A stretch of 64,000 nt of DNA from Chiloscyllium plagiosum (taxonomy: Eukaryota). The position numbers and the translations under genes were made by a program. The notes under the pieces were generated by a model. It ran no database searches, was not told where the DNA came from, and saw nothing but the letters and a program-made list of their open reading frames with translations. The stretch spans positions 60,010,137-60,074,136 of the forward strand of contig NC_057718.1 of the NCBI RefSeq assembly GCF_004010195.1, in the 5' to 3' direction. The stretch's first letter is position 1; each line of letters starts with the position of its first letter. Positions 1-11,562 of this stretch are shown here, piece by piece.

Positions 1-1696
1 AAATGTGTTTCTAGACAGATCAGTTTAACTCATTTGTTTTACATTTCTGACCTAGGCCTCATGAATAATTACAGCTGCTTGTAACAATTAATGAGGTGAA
101 CTCTTTTAGCTTTAAGTGTCAATATATCTTAACTGGTCCTTCTTTTAAAAAATCGCAAATGCACTCCCTTGATGAGTGAGTTAGTAAACACATCAAATCA
201 TGGAGAATTGGAATATTGAAGAGTGAATTAGTGACCTTTGCTGAGCCGAGGCATCAGTCAAGGCCCTATGGTTGGCCTCTGCTCTGGGTTTAAGAGGGAG
301 AAAAGAACACAGTTATTGCTGGAAAGCATATGGTGTCGATATCAGGTGAGTTCAAGCTTAGTTGACATTTACGGTCTTGACTTATTTATAGTCACTTTTG
401 TGACATGGTTGAGGGGACAGCATGCATGGAACCACATTCCCAGAACAACCTGCATTTCGGGAGAAGGTGGTAGAACATTAGAAGTCGAAAATAGCAAATG
501 CTTAATATCATCGTAATTGAGAGTACTTAATTCTGTTTGGTATTAGTTCTCCTTCCCACCTATACTCATGGAGGTGCTGATTCAGGTAGAGGTGCATTTC
601 CATAGGTCATAGGGAAGTATCTCGCCTAGCTGATCTTTCTGAGAATACAAGCCTCGATTTTGATCGCCAGCAGCTATTTACCATAGAGAGCATCACAGGG
701 AGCACAAACCAAACATTCATTACAAGCAGATACTTGGCACAGGAATCACTGAAAAAATATTCAGAACTGGGAACTATCACTGATTCATTTTCATTCTCTT
801 GCAGCACAAAATGACTTTAAGACATTTTTAAAATAGTGAAGAAAGAATGTCCTCAATCAAAGCAATGCAATAATTACAATAGTATTGAAATCAGGCACAG
901 TAATGGAGTAATATCTAATCTCACATAACTGTTGCTGCATGGCAAGCTATTCTTAACTAATCATCCATTTAAAAATGCAATATTTAATGGAAATATTAAT
1001 TACCTGGTTATGTAAAGGAAATCCTTCAACTTACTAGGTTAATAATATAATCACATTATTAATCAATTCACAGCCAAATTCTTTCTCAAAAGGCAGTAGT
1101 CTTTAAAAGTAACACAAATCACTATAATAATGCAATAACCCGAGTGGATGAAATGCATCCAAAAATATTGAAAGAAACTAGAGAGAAGAAAGTGGAGACA
1201 TTCACACCCAGATATCAACATTATCACTGCAAAAGAACTAGTAGACAGCTACAGTAATTCATAACATCAAGAAGAGGATTAGAACTAATTCAATGAAATG
1301 AACTTGCAGATGGAAATGTAGGATGGGTTTTTTTGACTCTCAGGCATGGTTGTCACCCAAACATGGCAAAAATAACAAGCTGCCTATGGACAGCAGTGGG
1401 ATGAGAACAGCAAAAGATTCATATCATATCCCCAGCAGGAATGATCACTGGCAGTCAATTAAGTGGATCAGGGCATTCCTAATCAATGTCAGTAAAGATA
1501 TTTAGTTGGGGAGTTAAAAAAAGTTATTAAACCTTTACTGCTTCACCTTGTGTTTTAATCTAATACTGCTCCAGCTGTATCTTTCCAATACACCGCTCTT
1601 GAGACTGCTTGCTCTTTATCTCTAGGAAGCCTCTTCAATGGCTGGTGTACTGTAATACTCTATGTATATCTGTACATAGTAGATTATTATGATTAT

Positions 1697-1890
1697 GGAG
1701 GTACCAGTGTTGGACCGGCCTAGACAAAGTCAGAAGTCACAAGATACTAGGTTATAGTCTAACAGGTTAATTTGAAATCACAAGCTGTTGGAGCATTGTT
1801 CCTGACAAAGGGGCTACACTCCGAAAATTTGTGATTTCAAATAAATCTGTTGGACTATAACCAGGTGTCATGTGATTTCTGACTGTGTAG
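1697..1890. mobile_element. Palindromic non-autonomous Penelope-like element derivative (family B) with decayed hammerhead motif
   Basis: Arm 1728-1783 (agtcagaagtcacaagatactaggttatagtc...tgaaatcacaa) is an imperfect reverse complement of 1829-1884. The centre holds CTGACAA-AGGGGCTACACTCC-GAAA. Same family as the element end at 11360-11480. Confidence 0.75.
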
Positions 1891-1999
1891 ATTATCAAAT
1901 ACAGCTCTTTAGTGTAGTGTCTAAAATCTCTCTGCTCACATGCACCTTCTAGAGTTGTGTCTTCTTGCTTACTGATATCAGAACATGTAATCAGTTGTA

Positions 2000-3700
2000 T
2001 CATCATGTTTTACGTGCATCTGAATGTATTGCATCTTCCCCCAAGTTTCTCTCCACTTGGTCTATGTTATTCCAATAGTTTACTTTCATTTACCTACATA
2101 GTCATTTTCTGTTTTTTAAGATGATGATGCTACTGTTGACTTACAATATTTTTTAAAGCGTCTCAAATGGGTGCACTTTTAGCATTCAGTTCTCCCTGTT
2201 GGGCATTTTTCCCACTTGTGATTCTGTTTAAAGCTGCATGCAATGCATCTTAATATGGGTGGAGTATAGTGATTTCCCTTCTTTTGGCATTTTGATGGAC
2301 TTTCAGAATAGTGATAAGCCATTTTGGAATCTACCATCTAACCATATCAGAAGAATCTTCAATAGCTCCTTACAGGACTGACCATTTTTGGGACCTGATT
2401 TCTGCCCAGTGGCAAATTGGATTGCCGAGTTCAGCTTTAAACCTTCCTTAAACTGAAGACAGTCTGATTACATCTTAGCCTTCACATTAGCTTCAACATG
2501 GTTTTTAATTAATTCATCTCTTAAAGCTCCATGCCTGCAACATCATGCTAGATGATATAAATCCATTTAAAAAAAAGGCTTCTATTGATTCTCCCAAACG
2601 TAGAAATCGCTGATAGAATCTTGCTGTCAAAGTGTTCTGCTTATGTACTTTTCCTTTTGAGAATGTTGTCAGTTTCTGACTAGGATTCAAATTCTTCTGA
2701 GGTCTTTTCTCCACCCTTCAGAGTCCTCCCATGCTAGCCCAGTAACTGAAGTCAACTGACTTATTTTCTTTGCATACAGTGCCTTCGTCTGTACCAATAT
2801 GTTTTTCATTTAAACCAACTGAGATTCTCTCTTGCCTTCCCTTTCCATCAGCATTACTTGGATTCTATTTTAACTTCAGATCCTGACCCTGGAAAATTGT
2901 GGGCGGCACGGTGGCACAGTGGTTAGCCACCCGGGTTCAATTTCTGCCTCAGGCGACTGACTGTGTGGAGTTTGCACGTTCTCCCCGTGTCTGCGTGGGT
3001 TTCCTCCGGGTGCTCTGGTTTCCTCCCACAGTCCAAAGATGTGCAGGTCAGGTGAATTGGCCATGCTAAATTGCCCATAGTGTTAGGTAAGGGGTAAATG
3101 TAGGGGCATGGGTTGGTTGTGCTTCGGCGGGTTCGGTGTGGACTTGTGGGCCGAAGGGCCTGTTTCCACGCTGTAATGTAATGTAAAATTATTCCTTAAC
3201 TTTATCTTGTGCTTTAAATTAACACTACAGCCTGCACATCGAGATTTCGGAGTGTCTCAGGGTATGGATGTCTGCACATATATAGTCCCTAATGATGCTT
3301 GCTGCTTATCACTGTAGTAAGGCTCTTCAACCCCTTATATACTGTCACACTTATTTTACTTACACCCGTTAATAGTAGGATTTCAAATTAAGATCTCCAG
3401 TGCAGTATCTAAGATCTGTCTCTTCACTTGTACTTTCTAGACTGGTTAAATCTCTCTTACTGACCTTAGAATCACATCATCATGTTTATGCAAATCTCAG
3501 TATACCAAACTGACTTTGACATCTCCTTCGGGCCTTTACCTGTGTGGTGAGAGAATGTCTGTCTCTGCCCAAAAACACACCTGTTTCTTTTGGGCATGAT
3601 CATAGTGTGAACAAGATAAGTACCACTGACAATATTTTAATTCCCCTACACATACCCTGTTATCATTGGATATGTCTGAATGTAAATTAATCTTGGTTTT
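2000..3700 (-). mobile_element. Highly degraded CR1-type LINE ORF2 fragments, split by an HE1 SINE
   Basis: Minus-strand reading gives endonuclease/linker-like CR1 remnants (e.g. ILHWRS..., SRFQNGLSLF*KSIKCQK-like segments). Heavily decayed; boundaries approximate. Confidence 0.4.
2901..3186 (+). mobile_element. HE1-type SINE
   Basis: GGGCGGCACGGTGGCACAGTGGTTAGC tRNA-like head (about 22 bp deleted before CCCGGGTTCAA), conserved body TGTGTGGAGTTTGCACGTTCTCCCCGTGTCTGCGTGGG, tail GGGCCGAAGGGCCTGTTTCCAC plus (TGTAA)n. Confidence 0.95.
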
Positions 3701-4270
3701 AAAAGGTAAGACAGTTTTTTTCTGAGTGGTTAGAAGTGGTCTCCTTCAGCACTTACTTGATTTCAGTTCTTGAACCAATTTGTTCACTAAGTATCAACAA
3801 TTTGAATATAGGCCTCGAGGCAGTAGTGTGTAAATTTGTAGATAATACTACAAAATGAAATATAATTAATTGTCTATGAGATGAAACTGCAAAGGAATAT
3901 TCATAAGAAGAGTTAGGTTTAAAACCTATCCATTGGAATTCAATGTCAATAAATAAGACGTGATGCATTTTGATAAAGTGACAGTAGTAAATATACAGAC
4001 GTGCAGTAAAAATGCAGGCTTTATACTATTGAAGATCAGAGTAACTTGGTATTACAACCTCATAGAGTATTCAAGGCAGCACCACAAGTTAATAACACTT
4101 CAAAAAATGCCAATAGTATTCTTGGTGTTCTCTTCAGATGTATAAAATATTAAAGTGAAGAGATAATGATGATCCTCTATAAAACCTAAATAAAACTTGA
4201 GTTAGGTTGGAAAATTCTTTAATGGTAGCATGTGCAGTGTTCCACAGGCTAGCAAGGATATTGAAGTACA
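3700..4270 (+). mobile_element. Degraded CR1 RT 3' fragment
   Basis: tgtaaatttgtagataatact (KF[A]D[D]T-like) and aaataagacgtgatgcattttg (KCxVMHFG-like) occur in CR1 order. Confidence 0.5.
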
Positions 4271-4348
4271 GATTTACCACTGTTGCCCAGTAAACAAGCA
4301 ACTTGCTATTGATAGTGTTAATTTGGAATCAATATGTGGCTAATTACA

Positions 4349-4590
4349 TAAAAACCAAAAACAGCTGTGAATGCTGTATATCAGAAATAGAAACAGAAGT
4401 TGCTGGAAAAGCTCAACAGTCTGGCAGCATCTGTGAAGAGAAATCAAAGTTAATGTTTCAGGTCTGGTGACCCTTCCTCAGGACTCATGTTATGAGCCCT
4501 GAAGAAGGGTCACCAGACCCGAAATGTTAACTTCAATTTCTCTTCACAAATGCTGCCAGATCTGCTTTTCCAGAAACTTCTGTTTTTGTT
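4349..4590. mobile_element. Palindromic PLE derivative (family C) with hammerhead motifs on both arms
   Basis: Inverted arms gaaacagaagttgctggaaaagc... and ...gcttttccagaaacttctgttttt. Motif CTGAAGA-A-GGGTC-ACCA-GACCC-GAAA at about 4499-4524, with a reverse copy at about 4448-4484. Flanked by GCTAaTTACA (4339-4348) and GCTAgTTACA (4591-4600) as TSD. Confidence 0.85.
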
Positions 4591-5139
4591 GCTAGTTACA
4601 CTTCTGAGCTAGAAATAAACATGGCAACAGACACCATTGTAAGGTCAAATTTATCACTTGTATGCCTGTGTACTTTAACCTTTTTGAGATGATGGTAAAA
4701 TGGAAGAATGTGCAAATGTTTATCATTCGTCTTGATTTTTTAGCTCCTTAGTTATTGAATGGTAGTAGAGGATTGTTAGGAAAATGTACATGAAAAATAC
4801 TTTAAGAATATACAAATATAAGAAATAGCAGCATCTAATTGAGTCTGCAACAACTTTTAATACAATCATACCATCACATGCACTTCAACAATTTCAAGTT
4901 TCCTTGACACTTTGCCAGGGTGTGACATTCTAGGGTCTCTGTCTGTCTCACTCTCTTATGACAGTCACTGAATATACATCCATAGTCATTTGTTTAGCTG
5001 TAGTAGCTCCTATTTTAAACAGTAACCACTGGAATTAAAAGTTTAATGTGTCGATAGAAAATTGGGCTTTTGATTCATCACCCTGACAAAAGCAATATCA
5101 TAATGACTTGATAATTCATATTTTGTTGTTACTTCAGGG

Positions 5140-5615
5140 ACACTTCCAGTATTCATCCACTGGGTGCTGCAGTCCCCTGAAAGTCCATCACCCCCTACAA
5201 TTTCCAAAACAGCATACTTGTTTGAAATGGGGATAGCCACAGAAGACTTCTATACTACCCATCTACCTCTCCTACCTTTCTTAGAGTTAACCCAAATACC
5301 TGCCTGTATCTGCAGCTTTTCTCCCTTCCTATAACTGACATCCATTACACCCCATAGCTCTTGTAAATTCCTCATTGCCTCTGTCGTTCCAATCGATCTG
5401 ACAAAATTCACAACCAACAACATTTATTGCAGATATAATCCACAGTAACCCTTACACTCTCCCAAAACGGCCACATCCAACAAGAAGAGCATATCACTTT
5501 ACTAAAGGCTATTTTGCTCCTTCCAATCTATAGAGCTAGAAAATAGCACCGTTTTATTCTTCTATAAAACACTGCTCCAGGCTAACGTAATACTTATGGC
5601 TTATATTCTTAAAAT
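5140..5615 (-). mobile_element. CR1 LINE 5' end / ORF1 N-terminal remnant
   Basis: Minus translation gives AFSKVICSSCWMW...DYICNKCCWL (CxxC..CxxC zinc finger) and IPISNKYAVLEIVGGDGLSG, typical of the ORF1 region upstream of the CR1 esterase. Confidence 0.75.
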
Positions 5616-5619
5616 TTAA

Positions 5620-6380
5620 TTGCCTTGGAGGGAGAACAATTGAGATTTACAAGAATGATACCTGACTTCAGGTAAAATGTGGAGAGATTATGCAAATTAG
5701 GCTGTTTTCTCTAAAGTTTAGAAGGTTAAAGAGTGATCTGATCAATGTCTTCAAGGTATCAACACAAAAAGACAGGGTACAAAAAGAGAAACTGTTTCCA
5801 CAGTTGAGGGATTCTAGGACTAGGGGCATAGTCCAAAAATTAGGGTCAGACTGTTTAGGAGAGTTGTTATATACAAAGGACTGCAGGTGTTTAGAACGTT
5901 CTTCCACAAGTGGCAGTTGATACTGGATCAGTTGTTAATTTTAAATCTGAGATTGATAAGCTTTTATTAAGCAAAGTTATTAAAGGATGGGGACAACAGC
6001 AGGTATTTGGACTTAGGCCACAGATCTGGCATGATCTATTGAATCACAGAACAGGCTTTATGTTCTTGCGTTCCTATGGCTGTTTTCATTTGTTGAGTGG
6101 TGAAGAATAAGATATAATAGTTAAATGATGTTGCACAAGCGATTTAGAACTGAAGATGCAGGTGAAACCTTTTGCATGCTATGAGGCTGAAAGTGCAGAA
6201 TTCACTTTCAGCATTAGTTGTTGAGGCTATATCAGCAATAAGAATTGGTTTGCATTGAAGGGTTTAAAGGTATGTAAGAGTAGGTAAGTAAATATGATTA
6301 GAATTATTCGATTGAGTGGAAGTTGAACACAAAAATGGACTGATTTAGCCAAATAGCATGTTTCCATATCATAGGTTTTA
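5620..6380 (+). mobile_element. CR1 LINE 3' fragments
   Basis: LFSLKFRRLKSDLINVFK and SRTRG motifs (ORF track 5690-5920) followed by a CR1 3' UTR, then a second more decayed 3' end to about 6380. Confidence 0.85.
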
Positions 6381-7244
6381 TGTCTTTCTATTTCTATTTC
6401 TATTCAAATATATAGTAGCAAAGAGTGGTAAATATAACATAGCAACTAATAGATAAAATCAAAAATTGAGAAGTCAATTTCCAGGAAGAGTAGGCATTTG
6501 GAACATGTGCCACATGGATGGGTTAAATAGATAACACTTGCATATTTAAGGGGAGGTTGAGGGCAGTAGACCAATTGGGCTAAATGAGTTGTTTCTGTGT
6601 CATATTTTTCATATAATTCTACAAAAGTAATGGTGTTTAGACTTGATACCAGAATGTGTACTTAATATATATTGTGGATAAGTGATTAACAGATAACCAA
6701 CAATTGATTTCTACTGAAAGCGTATTTCCATTTTAAATTGCTATCTTGATATTTATCAGCAAATTGCCAATATAAACTTGTCCCACCGTAATTGCATTCT
6801 TCCACAAGTGGCACTTAAGATTGAAACAATTAACAGGCAGTGCATGCACATATAAGGGCTGGCCTTTCAGTCTGGGGCCAGAAATCTCACAGTTGACCAC
6901 GTCATTGGCCCGGATGTGAGCTGGGCAACCAATCAGTGGCTTCAGTCGTGGGGAGGAAACAAAAAGTAGTTTTGGGGGTGATCTTAAAAGAAAAAATGTC
7001 AAACATTACTGGATTTGATTTGCCTGGAGGAATGGAATGAGGAGGAGAGCAAAAGGCAGTAGCCTCATATTCCAAACAATTGCCTGAACATTCACGCATC
7101 AAGTGTTCAATTCACTCTGTTCAAGTGATGGTAAGTTTGCCTCACTGTATAAGGACTTCAGCTTAATTATCTTTCTTAAGGTTTTTTGATCTGCAGTCAC
7201 AAACATCAGTAACCAATTTGATTCAACTCAGCTGATATATAAAT

Positions 7245-7600
7245 CAGCTGAAAGCATTGTGTACCACAAAGCCTGTGGGCCCTGACAACATGTTGGTTAT
7301 AGAGCTGATGGTTTGTGCTTCAGAACTCCCGTGCCACTGGCCAGCCTGTTCGAGTACAACACTGGTATCTAAGCAGCAATATGGAAAAATTCCAGGTCTC
7401 GTCCTGTCAACAAGAAGAATAGAAAATCAAATCTAGCCAATTAACAACTCATCATTCAACTGTTGATCATCAATCAAAGAGTTGTTGATGGTGCAATCAA
7501 GGGACCTTTCAAAGCAAGAACTTACTGTCCAAGTCTTAATTTTGTTTCATGGGTTCAGCCTGGACCACTTGGCTCAAGATCCCATTTCATCCTTGGCCAA
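7245..7600 (+). mobile_element. Degraded LINE (CR1/L2-group) RT N-terminal fragment
   Basis: KACGPDN...CASEL...WKxxxVxPVxKK...NxANY-like motif order. Probably the same family as 33235-34385 and 44350-44720. Confidence 0.7.
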
Positions 7601-7619
7601 GTACATTCTTCGTGATACC

Positions 7620-7900
7620 TTTGATGTTTGTAAACACTTGATACCAGTTGAATAAAGAATCCCTGCTTCCTGATCTTTGAGCTGTCCATGTACTTCAATC
7701 ACACATCACAAGTGTATGACTTTAAAATGGGGGTTTATTTATGTCTGTAGTAACTGGTCCAAATATTCCATAGTTCACAAGAATACAATATTACTGGCTG
7801 GTTAGCACGCATCATTTGATTGCCATGTTTGCTCTTAGAGCTCCAATAATCACATTTCATGCTTGTGAAGTGAAGTAAAACCATACACCGTCCCAATAAG
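7620..7900 (-). mobile_element. RTE-clade LINE remnant
   Basis: PVILYSCELW...YYRH resembles the RTE motif PxLLYxxETWTxYxRH. Confidence 0.4.
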
Positions 7901-8760
7901 AGCAATGAGGTATGCAGAAACATCCAGTAAAAAATGAGTAGAGCAAACAAATCATTGCATCAATCAGTGTGTAATACATTATAGATGTCAGCAGTGCCAA
8001 TTTGAAGATTGATATTCCAGCTAATGCCCACTCTTATATTTGCACAGTGAAATGCAGCAGGAAGGAACCTCCTTCTACCCATCACCATTGTAATGTATAA
8101 GGGAACAAGGATTAATTACCAACTGACTTCCATTTGTTATTTCAGTAATTTTTGAAAAATGTATGGCTTCTAGAGTTATTTAAATTTGCTAAAGTCTGTG
8201 AGGAGTGATGTGACAGGCACTAAAGGACTTCTTGGGTATAAAACAAAATTTATAAGGTAGAGGTTATGCATACCCAATGCATTCAGAGAATAATACTCCA
8301 ACCTGAATTTCAGTGAGGGAAATGTATGAGATGTCTAGACTTCAATAAGGGTATCTTCAATGAAATCTGCTACCTCCTACCCAAAACTACAACCTCCGAG
8401 TATGCCAAGTCTACAGTGCCACCAGCTATGAATTTGTCTGTGGTGATGAATTTTCATACATGTTGTTCTTTCTAGGTGGATAATGGTGATATTAGTATTT
8501 AGTTTCTGATCCTCATATAAGATGTCACTGAAATGATCTATTCAAAGATTGCTGGCTACATTTAATTCTCATTTTCTGCTGCTGGGGCAAACATACAGAT
8601 TTGATAGGATTATAGCTTCCCCTCATGCAGGAAGTAATAGTTTTTGTCTTATCTGAATGGAACACAAATGAGATGTATGGATTCTGTTTACTTGAAATTC
8701 CCTTGTGGGGCTTATTTACAGATACACTAGAGTAATTTCCAGACACAATCTGTGCCTAGA

Positions 8761-8968
8761 TTAGAGTAGTGCTGGAAAAGCACAGCAGTTCAGGCAGCAT
8801 CCGAGGAGCAGTAAAATCGACATTTCGGGAAAAGCCCTTCATCAGGAATATTCCTGCCCGAAACGTCGATTTTACTGCTCCTCGGATGCTGCCTGAACTG
8901 CTGTGCTGTTCCAGCACCACTCTAATCTAGACTCTGGTTTCCAGCATCTGCAGTCATTGTTTTTACCT
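8761..8968. mobile_element. Palindromic PLE derivative (family A) with perfect 16-bp TSD
   Basis: Near-perfect inverted arms at about 8757-8849 and 8850-8932. ACAATCTGTGCCTAGA occurs at 8745-8760 and 8969-8984. The minus strand carries CTGATGA-AGGGCTTTTCCC-GAAA-TG-TC. Confidence 0.9.
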
Positions 8969-9028
8969 ACAATCTGTGCCTAGAGTGCTCAAGTGCAGAA
9001 AGCCTCTAATCATGTGGTAAACACCAGT

Positions 9029-9334
9029 GGGGTGGCACAGTGGCTCAGTGGTTAGCACTGTTACCTCGCAGTACCAGGGACCTGGGTTTGATTCCAAACT
9101 TCGGCGACTGTCTGTGTGGAGTTTGCACATTCTCCCTATGTCCTCCGGGTGCTCCAGTTTCCTCCCACATCACAAAAGATGTGCAGGTCAGGTGAATTAG
9201 TCATGCTAAACTACCCATAGTGTTAGGTGCATTAATCAGAGGGAAGTGGGTCTGGGTGGGTTACTCTTTGGAGGGTCGGTGTGGACTTGTTGGGCCAAAG
9301 TGCCTGTTTCTACACTGTAAGGAATCTAATCTAA
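9029..9334 (+). mobile_element. HE1-type SINE
   Basis: Full head, body and tail, ending in (AATCT)n. Confidence 0.95.
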
Positions 9335-10384
9335 TTGTACTTGCTCAGTTGTATATTGAGTTATTAAAAGGACAACAGTCCAAAACTCATAATGCATAAA
9401 CATTATGTAAAAGCAAAAATAGCTATTAGGGATCATAACATTTATGAGCACAGAAGTCTGAGACTCTGTCCATTTGGTGATTTGACAGCATTCTAGATTG
9501 TCTTATGGTGTAACATTCTGAAAAAGTGGATTTCACCCTCAGCTGGTTTTGTTTTGCAGCATATTGTCAGTGTGTTGATTATTATTCTGGTGTACCCCAT
9601 CAAGTTATTGTTATCTGGATGTGGTCTTGTATGTTTGCTTGCACAACTAACACATTGCACACTTCCCTTAGTTAGTTTTGTTTCTCTTCAGACTTGCTCT
9701 GTTAGCTGTTGTGACTTCATAGGATCTGGACTCATTGCATAATTTGAGAACATGGCTATCCAAAAAGTTTTCCATTGTTGGATGTGTGACTCTGACCTTT
9801 TATTCAATGTGTAATTGAGGTAGTTCTGCACCTATCTGCCATCTTCATCCTCACTTATTGCATTGAGAAGTGCACACTACGTCTGAGAAGTTGGATAGAT
9901 GGTGACTTGGTAAAATTGTCTCAGTTGTCTTTCAAATATGATCTCTACTGATGAATGTAATCCTATATCCAGCCTGTGCAGCTCTGAGGTGTAACATTGC
10001 AACACTCAGCAAGAGCATTCGATCTTGGGTTATGTGTGAGGATATCACATGTTTCAGGCCTCATTTGGCTTAAATATCCCTAAAAGGTCTGCCCATATAT
10101 TGCAGCCTATTGTCAGAAATAATGTCTTCAGGTGCACACTATAGATTAGATATGGCACTCAAATATCTGTCATGGACACACTTGATGTGTCCTTTATCTT
10201 TATTTTGCAGACAGAAAGAATATATACATACACCATGCTTGTTTCACTTCAACAGAGTAGGTTAAAAGCTCTAATTCATTTCTCAGGGCAATGTATTAAC
10301 CACACAGCGTTGACCTGACTGGATTAAAATTTAAGCAAACTTCGCAGTTAACTGCCACTTATCATTAACATGTGTATTATTCAT

Positions 10385-11562
10385 GGGAAGATCTCTGCCA
10401 ATCAAAGTCCACTTGCCTATCAATCTTCATTCTCATTGAATATAAATGTTGTTTTCCTTTGCATTGGTATTTCTTGTAAGTTGTCCTGATAATGCAAGAC
10501 AAAAATAGACTACAGTCGATAATGTGGTGCTGGAACAGCATAGCAGGTCAGGCAGCATCTAAAGAGCAGGAGAATCAATGTTTCGGCCATAAACCCTTCA
10601 TCAGGAATGAGGCTTGTGAGTCGGTGGGCTTGAGAGATAAATGGGAGAGGGTGTGACCGAGGGCAAGGTAGCTGGGAATGGGATGGGTCGATAAAGGTAG
10701 GTGTAAAAGTGATAGGTCAGAGAAGAGGGTGGAGCAGATAGGTGGGAAAGAAGATGGCCAGTCCTCAGGAAGACTACACACACACACACAAACACAGACT
10801 CTCTTACAGACCTATACACTCACACAGACCCTCTCTCATACGCTTACACATACACTCCTACACTCACACACGCACCCTCTCACAGAGTTATACCCCTTTA
10901 CACCGACACTCACACACATACACACACTCTCACAGACACTCGCACACACACTCACGTGCATGCACACACATATAAGTTTGTGGAGTGAATTTGTACTTGC
11001 AGAATTACATTTTACTTTCCTCAACAACTGCATGTATCCATGTAAGATTCTGTAAATCTGTTTTTTAGATTAAAATAAGTCTGACCATTGTGGCACAGAC
11101 AGTCTCACACAGGGCAGCTCACAAATTAAGTGCACTATCTGGGCTGACATGACGCCAATTGTTAAAGTTCACTTGAGAATGTAACTTTTAAAAAAGTTTT
11201 GCAATTTACATATGAAAGAACTGAAACCAACATGGTCATTCTAAAAGATGAGAGACTTAACAAACAATCCAGGTCTTTTTCAATATATAATTGCAGTTAC
11301 ATCACACTGTAAACTTCTGCTATAAATTCTGTGTCTTATGATCTTATATTCCACAACAACCTGATGAAGGAGCAGCGCTCCAAAAGCTAGTGCTTCCAAA
11401 TAAACCTGTTGGACTATAACCTGGTGTTGTGTGATTTTTAACATGGTATACCCAAGTACAACACCGGCATCTCCAAATCGTGATCTCCAGCGTATGCTGT
11501 CCTCACTTTCTCCTAAACATAGACTACAACAAAATATGTCTTTTTTTCAGCAATACTCAAGA
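10385..11562. mobile_element. Nested PLE-derived cluster: a family D element interrupted by a family A element, which contains a family B element
   Basis: Outer element (…ttgtcctgataatgcaagacaaaa / caaaatatgtctttttttcagcaatactcaag). TSD ATAGACTACA at 10505-10514 and 11519-11528. Family A pieces at 10515-10775 and 11483-11518; family B piece at about 10776-11482 with CTGATGAAGGAGCAGCGCTCC at 11361. Confidence 0.8.
10776..10972. repeat. Degenerate (CA)n-rich microsatellite inside the family B PLE
   Basis: Direct reading; it produces the HT/TH-rich spurious ORFs. Confidence 0.95.

Noticed and set aside
10678..11055. His/Thr-rich and Cys/Val-rich ORFs
   Set aside because: Translations of a (CA)n-type microsatellite.
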